DNA from: Marsupella aquatica
Lineage: Eukaryota > Plantae > Marchantiophyta
Direction of reading: 5' to 3'
DNA: 64,000 nt
Assembly: GCA_973895155.1 (NCBI GenBank)
Contig: OZ316893.1
Location: 2,934,430-2,998,429, forward strand
The translations under genes and the position numbers were made by a program. Below the pieces are notes generated by a model that had not been told where the DNA came from, did not search any database, and saw only the letters and a program-made list of their open reading frames with translations. Shown here one piece after another: positions 1-11,838 of this stretch (within the stretch, counting starts at the first letter, position 1; each line of letters begins with the position of its first letter).

Positions 1-1845
1 GTCCGCCAATTTACTTCTGGGAAAATATATGACAGTGACCTGAGCCAAAATCCGGAGATTGAGACTCCCTAATAGATTACAAGTACTCAGCAGTTTCGTT
101 TCACTGCTGGTTTGTTTCACTGCTGGATTCACAGCTGATGATCATCAGTACTAGAGTTGGCTGATTAGTCTCTCATCTGAAGGTTGTCCAGGGGTGGTGG
201 TGTTGTCGCATTGGTGGTCATCAGTCAACAACTGTAGGTTTGGGATTCAACTTTTTGTGAGTTTTCTAATTAAGCCCAACCTGAGTACCTTTCTCAAGCT
301 GCAGTTTCCCAGATATATGCACTTTTTGTTCTTAGGCAGTATGATATACACATGTCAGACTATTTTGAGTTGAACCTAGTGGTAGCTCCCTTGACTTGGT
401 AGGATGAGGTCTAAGGTTTCAATCTTGACTTCACAGATTCTGACTTTGATTTGCAAAGCCCAAAATTGGGATCTGCAAATCCCAAATAAATTACCCCCTT
501 ATAAATACCAGACCACACAGTTTCATTTTACAATCTCCACGAGATACACTGCGGATCAGACTAATTTTCAGGCCCTCAAACTGCCTTATACTAAATTTAT
601 CATCTTTAATACCATGTGCTAGAAAAGCTTGTTTTATGACTGGAAGCACCAGTGACTTTTTTAGTGATTTTTTGGATGTTCTTCTAGTTTTTAGCAGTAA
701 CGAGACCAGGTAAATATCTGGACCCTCTCTTCGCCAGAGGTGGCCACTTGGATATTCCCAAGGAAACCTACATTAACCTACATTCTCAGATTTTTGCACA
801 ACCATTTGTGAACCAATCTTGGTGAATAATTCTCAATCAAATTGATTCCCTCAGCAGGCAAATCATCACGAAAATGTAAAATTCAGCCGGGAATTTAGCC
901 TTTGGTTGGCAGCCAACAACTTCACGGATGCTACCACTTTCAAAGATCAGAGGACCAATTCAATGCGGCATTTTGAAAAATGCATGAGTTTATCTCCACC
1001 ATTCCTACGTATATACATCTCTCAGTTGGTCATCACTTTTCTGGGAATGTTTCCTTCTAGTGTCATGGTATCGCCAAGGAACAATATACTGGGTCGCGTG
1101 CTTCCAACGTGCATTCCTCCGTAAGCCCAAGACAGAAATCCCAATTGAGATGGGCAGCAACTGGATATTTAGTTAGGTGCTTAATAAATTTGCAGAATCG
1201 TGGCCAATATATGATGTACCCCTTATAAATTTTCAGTATATCAACAACAGAAGGGCAATAACAGGCTAATTCATTCTTCCAATCCGTACTTACAACTCTT
1301 TTCCACATTACTTTAGAATTTGTGTAATGCAGAAGATGAGGTCATCTGAATTTGGGGTCCATGTGACCAGAGATAAAGTTTCCACAAGCTGAAGCATAGT
1401 AAGGAAATTGAGAACATTACAATTTTTATTCTTTTTGCCCCCATGGTGATATCAAATCGTCTACTTCGCTTGAGATCCACATTGGAGGAACCAACAAAAT
1501 TAAAATTCTTAGAGTATCTTGTGACCATTCTGTAATAGTTTCTACTATCACCTCGCAATGGAAGAGTCCAGCTCAAGTACTGTCTTGTTGTAGCCTCGTT
1601 TGTCTCGGTCTACTGTGGAGCTCTTCCATTACTATGAAACAAATTAACAAACTGAATTTGAAGGATGGCATCGCAATGATTGTAAATACAAACTCAACAA
1701 AGGAGCCTTGCAATAGCCAAATCCAAACGTCAGGGTTTAAATCCAGAGGCTAAGGCCCACACATTTGCCTACATGACAGATAAGATTACAACAGTATCAC
1801 TATCGCCTTTCTCTTGCTTACTTTCATGGGCAGTAGCAAAGCCCT

Positions 1846-4146
1846 TCACAGTAGGCCCTTATCCTTCATGGAAGCAAGGGCATCGTCGAACATCTCTTCC
1901 AAGGATTTGTATTTCTCCAGTCCCAAGTTCTTCAATTTCGATGTGTCAAAAGTATAATGCGGCATGCTTTTTTGCCCTTCAAAACTGCAAATGCAAATGT
2001 CGTCACTCTCGGAAATTTCAACGAAAAGAGGTGAAACAAGAACTGAATTATAAAGCTTCCTTGAGTATTGAATAGACTTAAAGTAATTCAAAGAGGCCTG
2101 TTTCAGCTAAAGCGGTCCTTACCGTCAAAATGATTCCTAACAATATCAAAAGGTTATAAAATTACTCTCGGATGACTCACTCTGTAGGGATGTTGTACTG
2201 CGGAAAATGCTTTGCAACAGCCTCAGCCATTTCTTTCGAATCCAATTCCCCTGCGTCGACAATAAACCGGCCCTCTGCCTCCGGCTTCTCATAAAGTAAA
2301 ATGTGTGCAGTTACGGCATCATCGAGGTGAACGTAGCCCATCCGACCAAACATGAAGAACTTGCCTCTGTTACCTGCATATCATAATTAATGCAAAATTA
2401 ATTCTTTGTTTGTCAATCGACATGTTCCCAAATCATGTTTGTCAAAACCCATTGATTTGGCCAATCCCGGACAGCCTAATATGCATCAAACTTAGTCATA
2501 TTATACACAACAAACAACTTGATCAAATTTTTGAGAAGAGACATCCCCCTGTAAAGAAAGAATGTCACCTGTAATGAAATAAACGATGCATGCAGTCGGC
2601 CAAACAAGACCCCTCCATGAATTGACAATCAACAAATCACCCTGGACTAGACTAATTCCGTGCCGTAAGGTAGAATAATGCAAGGCTAGTGGCAGGTTTA
2701 CCATACCTTTGAAGAATTGGAGAACATCATTTGAGGTTGAAGACAAATCTGGAGGTAAGATATAACCAATGATGTACGTAGGACACACAGTCACTAGGTT
2801 AATGCCATTCTTCTTCGCGAACTCCCAAGCTTCTTCCTCTGCAGTGGTTTTGGCAATGGGATACCACATCTGCGACAACCAGAAAGAGTTATCAGAATGA
2901 GGTGGTTGTGAACTTCATATAAAGCTATTTCTTCATATATTTCTAGAGATCTAGAAATAAATTTCGGATGTAGGGCTATTTCGAATTTAATAGAGAAGAA
3001 AAGGTTGGAGATCAAAATAACTCATTCAATGCCCTCACTAAAACGCCAGCGTGTTTTGAGTGACTTGAACCGAACTGGCCACCGGTGAGTGGCGTACCTT
3101 AAACTGCTTGCAAAATGGCATAGAGGACCAACTGTTGTGATCCAATGTAGCGCCGGGAGTGTAATCTGGTCGAAATCGCACTGAAGAGGACGACGACGTC
3201 AGTACCACCCTCTTCACAGTCTTGGTTTTCGCTACTGACGCCAAAAGATTCAAGGCTCCTTTGACGCTGGGCTCAATCATCTCCTTCTGCGATGACAGAA
3301 CAACGAGGACACAAAATGCGTTTAAGTGAGCTCAATGTTGTACTTTTATCACGTGTTATCAATTTCAAACATTCATGAGCTCATCTTCAGCTTCAGCTTG
3401 CAAAGCTATTAAATCCTCTGGAGAAGAATTACGTAAGGATCGGTCATGTTGTCGACGAGAGGGCTTGCGGTGTGAAAGACGCCATCAACTCCATCCACTG
3501 CTGCATCGAAGCTGCCTTCCGTGAGCAGGTCGGCCTGTACAAGTTCAAGCCTCTCCTTTGCTCCTGGGAGCGATCTCAAATGTGCTGTCTTCTTCTCATT
3601 ACCTGCCGAAAAACCAAAAACAGCCAGGCATTACAGAGTTGACTCTAGCAAACACAATCTTTCTCTCTCCACTTCAAATTGAATATCATCGCTAGCTGCT
3701 GATCGACTGCACCAGCTCTAGGTAGACTGCGGCACGTTCTACTCCAATTGTTTTCCATTCTGAAAACTGTGAACTCGTCTAATACCCAATTGGGTCCCGT
3801 GTCCATTCCCTGTGATCGAAGGCCAGTGGTCCGGGAACCGGAATCCTTTCTGATACTTGAAATTGAGTATCCCAGACCCAAATTTTGAGAATGTACCCAA
3901 TACCAACGAGGAGTAAAGTGCAGCGTCCCCATGCCGACAAAAGAGGTCGTGCCAAAAACAACTGCAGCAGCAGCGCAAGAGAAACAACAAGAAAAAGAAG
4001 ACGGTGAAACAGAGAAACAATGAGAGCTTACTGGGATCCCTCACAGTTCCCCTCACTCGGTATCCGTCCTGCAGCAATCGTTTGACCAGCCAAGAGGCCA
4101 AAAACCCGCTCGCCCCGGTTACAGCAACCAGACCCTTGTCCTCCAT
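1846..4146 (-). CDS. TKPR1: Tetraketide alpha-pyrone reductase 1-like (DFR/CCR-type NAD(P)H-dependent reductase, sporopollenin pathway), 6 exons, about 322 aa
   Basis: Exons 4146-4032, 3602-3433, 3286-3098, 2869-2707, 2373-2181 and 1984-1846 are GT-AG and in phase. Motifs: [17 protein letters not shown] (Rossmann), [26 protein letters not shown] (YxxxK), [27 protein letters not shown] and SLEEMFDD. These match TKPR1 as recalled better than CCR or DFR. Confidence 0.9.
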
Positions 4147-4813
4147 CTCTTCTCTCTCTCCTCTCCCCCCCTCAATCACCAATCAACCCACAATTCACAT
4201 TCGGCGCTCGCCAGGAGAGCAGCAAACCTCCTCCTCCTCCTCCCTTCGTCGAGCTCCTTGTTCTAGTGCTCCTCCTTGGCCTTTTCCTAGTCCTCCTCCC
4301 TCCACTGGGACCGTCTTTCGGTTGGACTGAAGGAAATTGAAGAGAAGTCCGTCTCTACGGAAGGGGGAGGAAGATGTCTAGTAGCGGATGGCTGACAATG
4401 AGGGGAGAAGATGTCAACTCCAAGTGCGGACTGGGACCGAAGCCAGAATCAGCAACAGAAAGGGGCTTAGACAAAGAGCACAATTCACGATGAAGTACAG
4501 CAGACTGATTGCTAGGCATCAGGCATGGGAGGCCCACACTCCCTTCATCATCGCACAGCACTGACAGCAGATTCCTCCTCGCCCTTTTGTCCTTATTCTT
4601 GTCATCGAAGCCGTGAGGATTGACTTGCTCACCGCTCCCGTCATTCAAGGTCTGGTATTATCATTCGAGTCCTGAGTCAATCGGGCAGAGTAGGTGGGGT
4701 ATTACTTCTAAATCCAATTGGGGCCCTTTCCCCTCTTTTCCTCCCCTTCATTGGGTTCTTTTGCCTTTGGATCATGTCTCCCTGCTGCCATTTCTGCCTT
4801 TGTGCATTGTGAA

Positions 4814-4834
4814 ATATATATATATATATATATA
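4814..4834. repeat. (TA)n microsatellite upstream of TKPR1
   Basis: About 10 AT units, seen directly. Confidence 0.9.
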
Positions 4835-6596
4835 ATTCTAACAGCTTTCCCTTTCTCTGTGTAGCTTCCAGAGCATGAGAATGCCATCACAGGCTGTGCA
4901 AGGAATTTTTTCAACTTTGTCATCTACGTCCAAAAGGACATTTTGAACTTTGTCATCTACCCATAAAAGCACCTTTTCTTTGCATATATGCTCTCCGTTT
5001 TGGGTATCTTAATGCTCTTAGTGAATTTTCACTTTGTAGGTTTAAGGCACCAGCTTCATTACCGGTGACTTGAACGCAAACAGAGGTGACACCCAAAAAA
5101 AAACTTGCAAAAAAAAAGATTCCTTAATGTTTCCCTTCCATCTTTGCCCCCTCTCTGTTTTCTGTATGCATCCTCACTTACAGTGAAGTCCTAATGCTTT
5201 ATAAACAGGACTTTAGTATATAAGAAAGGCCATTGGGCTGTCTGAGTCCATCCAAGCATCAATTTCTATTTAAATGAGAATGTGTAGAATACCATGCATG
5301 GCAATGAGGGGGTTGTGGGCTGTCATCCCGAGGGCGGTTTGTTGGAGGTTGAATCACGCCTGCCCATGTAAAAGGGCCCATTCCTGCCCGGCTACTGCCC
5401 ATTCTTGCCTCCATTAGACGAAGAGTGTACTCACCTTAAAAAGTGGAGCCCAAGTCCATTCTTAGTGAACCTGACCATGCACATTGTATAATGAAGGCAA
5501 CCCCTAGTTCTTATACAGGTACTGTAGTTATGGTTTAAGGCTGTAGCCCCAACAGTAGCCCCACAAGAAATGTTTATGTTCTACATTTGTTTAACTGTAA
5601 ATCTACATATCACAATTTTTATTTGCTAGGGTGAGTAGTTTGACAGTTCCCAAAAACAGTTGTTATGGGTTATAACGTTTACTTGTGGCTGGTGAGAGAG
5701 CTTAATACAATTGCATAATAATAGCGCTTTGTGACTCAGGGCACTTTACAAAACAGTCATGTCATCGTGCCCAAGAGGGTTTCTGAGTATTTTAACAACA
5801 TGTGTACAAAAAAAAGTGTGGATGTCCAATATCCTATTCAGGGTTGGAAAGTCATTCATGACTATCCACACCTGCTGCCTGCCAGATGTTACCCGAAGTA
5901 TGAACTGTATATAAGGGATTAAATCCAGGGATTATCCTCCTCTTTATCCAGCAGGATCTGGCCTGGTGGGAGATCACTGGGGTAGCAAGTGTGGGGTTAG
6001 AATCCCTACAGGAGCAAGTACTCTTACACAAGCCCCACCCAAAAACGAGGTTCAAAGGAAAAATGAGAATTTATCTGATTTTCTGGGCAGTAGACGGGTA
6101 ATGGATGGTCAGACTAGTCTGACACCCATCAATGACTATCAACTTATCAAGGGACTAGTCTCCTAGCCATCAATGACTATCAAGGGACTACATAGTATCC
6201 CTGAATCATTATCTACTTTTTGTGCACGTCCATTATTCAGTCTACACGAGTTTTACAACGGAAAAAAAGAGGAAAAGTCATTTGATCACAGTGGATGAAT
6301 AATATAATGTCGAGGATCAATAATCCACAGTGGTCGGGCTGTAATAATAAAGTAATAATCTCTCCGTTCGTAACTTCGTATTGCATGGGTGGCGCTTTTG
6401 ACCGAAAAGCATCGACATTAATTATTTGACTTATTAGGACATACTACTTGAGAGTGTCGAGAAGACCCGTTTGGTACAACTGTGGATTCTTCAGATCCTT
6501 TGACAGTATTCATGGCGTTCCAGTCTCACTGTCTCACCTACCATCGTTCCTCGTTGAGACCGGTTGGTTACTAGACAACAAATGCCATGGCCCTGG

Positions 6597-7555
6597 TCCA
6601 GTATATTTTTTAAGGTTTTCATTTTTCTGTGTGAAGGAGAAGATACTCAAATGTATTTTTTAAGGTTATTACTTTTTCACCAGAGTGGCTAATGTTCAGC
6701 GTAAAAGAGTGTCCACTGTAAAAGAGAAGATGCTCAAAATATTCCTTATTTCATTATTTTATTGACCTTAAGATCGCCCCAGATTTAAGGATGACGGTTT
6801 AAAGATTATTGTTAGATTTTAGTTAGTTAACTTTTAGTTAATGGACCTGTTAAAATAGTGTCCACTGTAAAAGAGAAGATGCTCAAAATATTCCTTATTT
6901 CATTATTTTACTGATCATAAGATCACCCCAGATTTAAGGATGACCGTTTAAAGATTACTGTTAGATTTTAGTTAGTTAACTTTTAGTGAATGGACCTGTG
7001 ATTAGGTGTAACATTGGCTAATGAAACAGGAAAAAAATACTAGCCAACTTTCTTTAAATCTGGTGAATGTTTTATGGGGAGGTGGAATTTGGCAAATTTT
7101 TGCCACTGAAAAACAACGGCCATGGTCCAATCCATCACAGTGCGCTTTGTTGGTACGCTCAGAGATCAACTTACTACTGTGGGTTCCATCCAGTGTTTTT
7201 TTTAGTGGCGAAAATTTGCTAGATTCCATCTCCTAAAAAATCCTTCACCACTTTTGGCTAAAATTTGCTACTTTTTTGCTGTCTCATTAGCCAGTGTTCC
7301 ACCTAACCCCAGGCCCCATTAGCCAGAATCTAACGGTCCACCTTAAATCTAGGGAGATCTTACGGTTAGGAAAATAATTGAATACAGAATCTTTTGAGCA
7401 TCTTCTCCCCGACACACTTTACATTAGCCAGCTTGGCCAAAAAGTGAAATCCTTAAAAAAATACACTGGTTCCATCCTCCCAAGAGAACATTCGCGAGCT
7501 TGGCCAAAAAGTGAAATCCTTAAAAAAATACACTGGTTCCATCCTCCCAAGAGAA
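6597..7555. mobile_element. Degenerate fold-back (long inverted repeat) element with internal tandem duplications
   Basis: The left arm gagaagatgctcaaaatattcc...taagatc.ccccagatttaagg occurs twice (about 6709 and 6858, 149-bp period) and is the reverse complement of about 7325-7407. The left segments ccagtatattttttaagg and ...gtggctaatgt pair with acattagccagc...ccttaaaaaaatacactgg at about 7421-7470, whose 3' part repeats with a 67-bp period. Confidence 0.7.
7005..7303. mobile_element. MITE of about 300 bp, nearly palindromic, nested in the fold-back element
   Basis: TIRs ggtgtaacattggctaatgaaacag / ctgtctcattagccagtgttccacc, with TA on both sides (TTA left, TAA right). Inner arms ggaggtggaatttggcaaatttttgccactgaaaaaca / tgttttttttagtggcgaaaatttgctagattccatctcc also pair. 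Confidence 0.8.
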
Positions 7556-7783
7556 TGATGAGGCGAGGGATAGAATCCCTTGTCGCTCCACTTAGCTCGG
7601 GTGACCACCGTCGGGGACACACAGATCCGTCGACAGGGCCGTCGTCGTGGCGAAGTCCACAGAAAACGCAACCACGGTTACCACAGCGCTCACGGTCCCA
7701 CGCCAGATATAGCGACGGCGACGTGATTTTCCATGAACGGCACGAAGACGCAACCACGCTGACTCATTGACGGTCGCGCACAG

Positions 7784-7855
7784 TTTCAGAGACGGCGACG
7801 GCGAGGATCAGACGGCACATTTCAGAGACGGCGACGGCGAGGATCAGACGGCACA
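7784..7855. repeat. Perfect 36-bp tandem duplication
   Basis: tttcagagacggcgacggcgaggatcagacggcaca, two copies. Confidence 0.95.
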
Positions 7856-7938
7856 CCGTCGCAAACCTTCCTTTGAGGAGAAGACTACTTTTTCGTCCCT
7901 CTCTCCAATTTTTTCGTCTCTCGCTCCAATTTTTGTTT

Positions 7939-7956
7939 CAGAGAAGAGAGAGAGCG

Positions 7957-7990
<34 letters not shown>

Positions 7991-8002
7991 CGAGAGAGAG
8001 AG
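7939..8002. repeat. (GA)n-rich tract in the ARA6 promoter/5' region
   Basis: Interrupted GA dinucleotide run. Confidence 0.9.
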
Positions 8003-8277
8003 GACTGTCTAAATCAGGCGCAACAGTTCTTAATTGTCCAATTTGTCGCACAATTTTGTGGCTGCGTTTACTATTATCGAGCAGCCGACCTTGCGAGGTG
8101 TGCATGTACGAGGGAATCCTTTCCGGCGGTCGAGGGAGCTCGATTTTCGTGCGGACCACCAGTTCTAGTTCTGCTGCCTCTGTCCTCTTGGAGAGGAGGT
8201 TTGTGGCATCGTAATTGGAGGAGGGAGGAGTAGCAGCAGAATCAGCACGCGGGCGCCGTGTGTTGGTGGTAGCTGCG

Positions 8278-11200
8278 ATGGGATGCTCCGCCTCTACTCC
8301 AGGTGTTGATCTGATCTCTGATTTTAGGGCTATCTTCACGAAATTATCTGGCGTTGGAGTTGAGGTCGAGATGAACCGTTATAGAGTAGGGTTGCTTAGG
8401 AATTAAATGTTAATCCCAACCCAAAAAAATGATGGGTGCTAGTGGTGTCGGGATTTGTGACTTCTAGTTGGAGTTCAAATGAGTATCAAGCTATGCCCCA
8501 CTTTGTGAAGTTGTAAATGTGTTTTAGATACAAGGGCATCTGAAATGCTCGCTGAATAGTATTGTCACAATCTTCGGGTTTGGGTGCTCTGAAATGAATC
8601 AATGCAATTGGGTAGTTCAAGTTATTTTCAGGTACTATTTTGGATCTTATCCAAGTCAGCATTCCCAGTGTTTAGGTGACGCGTTGGCCAATCTTCATTA
8701 TGGGGCTACAAGTTTCATGTTCTGTTTATGCGTTTCAGCTGCAGGGTCGAAACGTCTCACTGGGGCTAATGATACGACGGAGACTTTTGATTCCAAAAAT
8801 CTCCGCATAAAGGTTGGCCTTTAGCTCTCCACTTGAAGACTTTTCCATTGCACGATAGGATCAGTCCAGTTATGGCTTTGTTGGAGAATGAAAGCAAAAA
8901 CCTTGACTTTTGTGTTCCCTTAAATCTTAAAAACTTTTCAGATGAGATTCGACGGTCTCTTTGGTAATCATCATTCTGGTCTTCAGTTCAAAACCATTCT
9001 CTGAGTAATATCAGTGAGTCATTGTCGCATATCACATTTCAGTAGAGTTTGTACTGAGTACTTGTTTTGCACGGTTGGGTGTCATTATGACATTTTAGAG
9101 TCAAGAAGGTGGTAAATGTGGCTGCGGCCTAGCTTTTCAAGTGACCTAAATGCCCAAGAGATAGGTCTCCATCGGCCTCATGATACTGAGACTGAAGGGC
9201 CTGGTTCTCAACATAGTTGTATTGATCCTCGCAGTTGGTTCTCTTGGGTGATTCTGGAGTTGGTAAAAGCTGCATAGTTCTACGATTTGTTCGTGGCCAG
9301 TTCGACCCGTCATCCAAGGTAGCTTCTCTGTACTGTTTTGTTACTCTTGTAGCCTGCCCCTGGATATAAATAGTGACAACGTAAGTTCTTAAGTGCACCT
9401 TGGTCGAACTTTTACGTCAGAAAGTCAATCTCAGAACAATCTTTTGGAGTTTGGGCCAGGTAACCGTGGGTGCATCATTTTTGTCGCAAACGATAGCGCT
9501 GCAAGACTCGACAACTGTGAAGTTTGAGATTTGGGACACAGCAGGCCAAGAAAGGTGAGATTCTTTATTCTCCTTCCTTTGCATACATGTTCTGAAGTGC
9601 ACTACGCTACTTTCCCAATGATTTGCGAGCTCTGGGTTCAAATAGACTTTGCTCTCTTGGAATTCTTAAACACTCGGGATGTATTCGTTTTGGATATGCT
9701 CTTATCCTTTTAGGGTTACTGCAACCGTTGGCTGTAAAAGCTACTCCATACGATTTACAAGGTTCCAGGTAGCTCGTTAGTCTTTGCATGGGTTTCATCA
9801 GATATTCGACAGTTGCATCCCGTAGACGTTCACGAATGTGTTCAATACAATTTGCCCAATGAAGCATCATCACTCACTCGTGTTTTACATGTTTTGTCTG
9901 GTGAATGATTACGCTGGGGCCTTCCTGTTGCTCATCGTCCACCGTCCCATGAGATGAATTAGACCTCCTCAGACTTGCAAGATCTTCTGATTCGAACACT
10001 TGAAAAATTTCTACATCTTTATAATTAAGTCATGTGTGTCGAACTGATAGATATGCATCCCTTGCACCCCTCTACTATCGAGGGGCATCAGCAGCCGTTG
10101 TGGTTTACGACATAACAAGTTCTGATTCCTTCAACAAAGCTCAGTTTTGGGTCAAGGTGCTTAAGCCGCTTGATTTCGTACTTTCTGCTGGATCCGCCAC
10201 CTCCTGTCAATGCTATGTTTGTTGTTGCATGAACGTTATCATTAACCCATCGGGTCAATCATAGAAACGTAATAGTTGTTGTTCACGTCAACAGGAGCTT
10301 CAAAAACATGGCAGTCCTGGTATTGTGATGGCCCTCGTTGGCAACAAAGCGGATCTTCAGGAGTCAAGAGAAGTTTTGACAGATGTAATTTCTCAGCCCT
10401 TTCATTCATTATGGACATGAGTTAGGCTGCTTGCATGTTTGTAGTTATTGATTGCAAAGATTCAAAGATGATTCAGAAACCACTTTGCTTGGAGTCATAA
10501 GCTCGTATGGGATTTCCATCCAAAGGCTTGAACTCGGATGGGATCCACAATGCCCTTTGCATGAAAGTCAAGCATATTCACTCTAAACCCATGTAATCAT
10601 AATTAAAATGTATGTTTCCTATAGATATTATGCAAGCTTGAAGAATTTTATTCGAGCTAAACCCATATTATTATAGTTCAAATGGACATTTTGTATAAAT
10701 ACCATGCAAAACGTTTGGAGTGGAGATCCTATAGCTCAGACATCTTGTATGTTATATTTCCTTTCAGCCCTGATGCAAAATTTGGAAGGACGTGCTAGAT
10801 CATTCTTTTAACCAGCATGTGTGGTGTTCTCTTGGTGGCGTAAGGTTATAATGAATTAGTGACTACAGCCAAACAGGTTGTTGTTGTAGTTTAATGTTTT
10901 TTGGTGGTTTAATATTCCATAGGGTAGTCTCCATTGATATCGGTTGACTGTTCTTCTTTGTACATGGGTCAGTGACTACCGCCAAACAATTTTGCTGAAG
11001 ACGGTCAATTTACTATGGTTTCGTGGTCCTCAAGAGTAGTCTCATTTGATATCTGTTGACTATTCCTATTCTGTAGAATTCTTGATGAAACTGTAGTACC
11101 GGCAGTTTTGTTGCACACAGAGCGATGTATAACCTAAACTTTGTGCTCCTTGTACACATTGCTAACTTGAACGTTAGTGGCTGAATATGTGGGCCATCGA

Positions 11201-11838
11201 ACCGTTACTTTTCTGCCTGATAGAAATTCTTGACACTGGACGTAACTTCTTTTTTTGTTGGTGATTTTGTATTCTGATTGTAGGAGGCGAAAGGTTATGC
11301 TGATGCAAATGGGATGTTCTTCATCGAGACTTCAGCGAAAACTGCGGACAATGTAAATCAACTGTTCGAGGTAAGATTCTGAATCTTTGTGTGTCGGCCT
11401 GGTTCTTAGAATATAAAATCCGTGGACGAATTTTTAATGTTTAGTCTAGTGCCCGAATCGGACTGATCCACTACCGTATATAGTTGGCTATGCATCAGAT
11501 CTAGTTTGATTGAATGGTAGTTTGGCTTTATTGAGGAATGTTTTCTCGTTCCGTGGTACTTCAATCTACACAATGAAATGACTCTGGCGATTGGAATTCT
11601 ATTTGAGAGAAGCGCCATTCAAATGATCTATTTTCCACCTGCAGTAGTGATTTTTGGTTTACTGTAACCTTTTGGTGCATGTTTAAATGCCAGCAACACT
11701 AGAGTCATGTGAAACTTGTGGGACTACTCATCCCGTTTGTACCGTGAAGGTTTATGGTGGGTACTTATCTGTGGAGTATGGTGGTTGCAGGAAATTGCTA
11801 AAAGACTACCACGTGGACTGCCAACACCAAAACCTTGA
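8278..11838 (+). CDS. ARA6: Plant-specific Rab5 GTPase ARA6/RABF1, 8 exons, about 200-202 aa
   Basis: Exons 8278-8302, 8739(or 8745)-8812, 9235-9318, 9460-9554, 10051-10156, 10295-10384, 11284-11370 and 11791-11838. N-terminus MGCSAS carries myristoylation Gly2 and palmitoylation Cys3. Motifs [27 protein letters not shown] and ETSAK are present. The C-terminus [15 protein letters not shown] has no prenylation cysteines, which is diagnostic of ARA6. Confidence 0.96.

Noticed and set aside
600-1580. Possible decayed LINE on the minus strand
   Set aside because: Trp-rich peptide fragments are suggestive, but no diagnostic reverse transcriptase, endonuclease or zinc-knuckle motif can be read.
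7378-8339. Several 70-130 aa ORFs
   Set aside because: They run through repeats and a GC-rich promoter region, with no recognisable domain.
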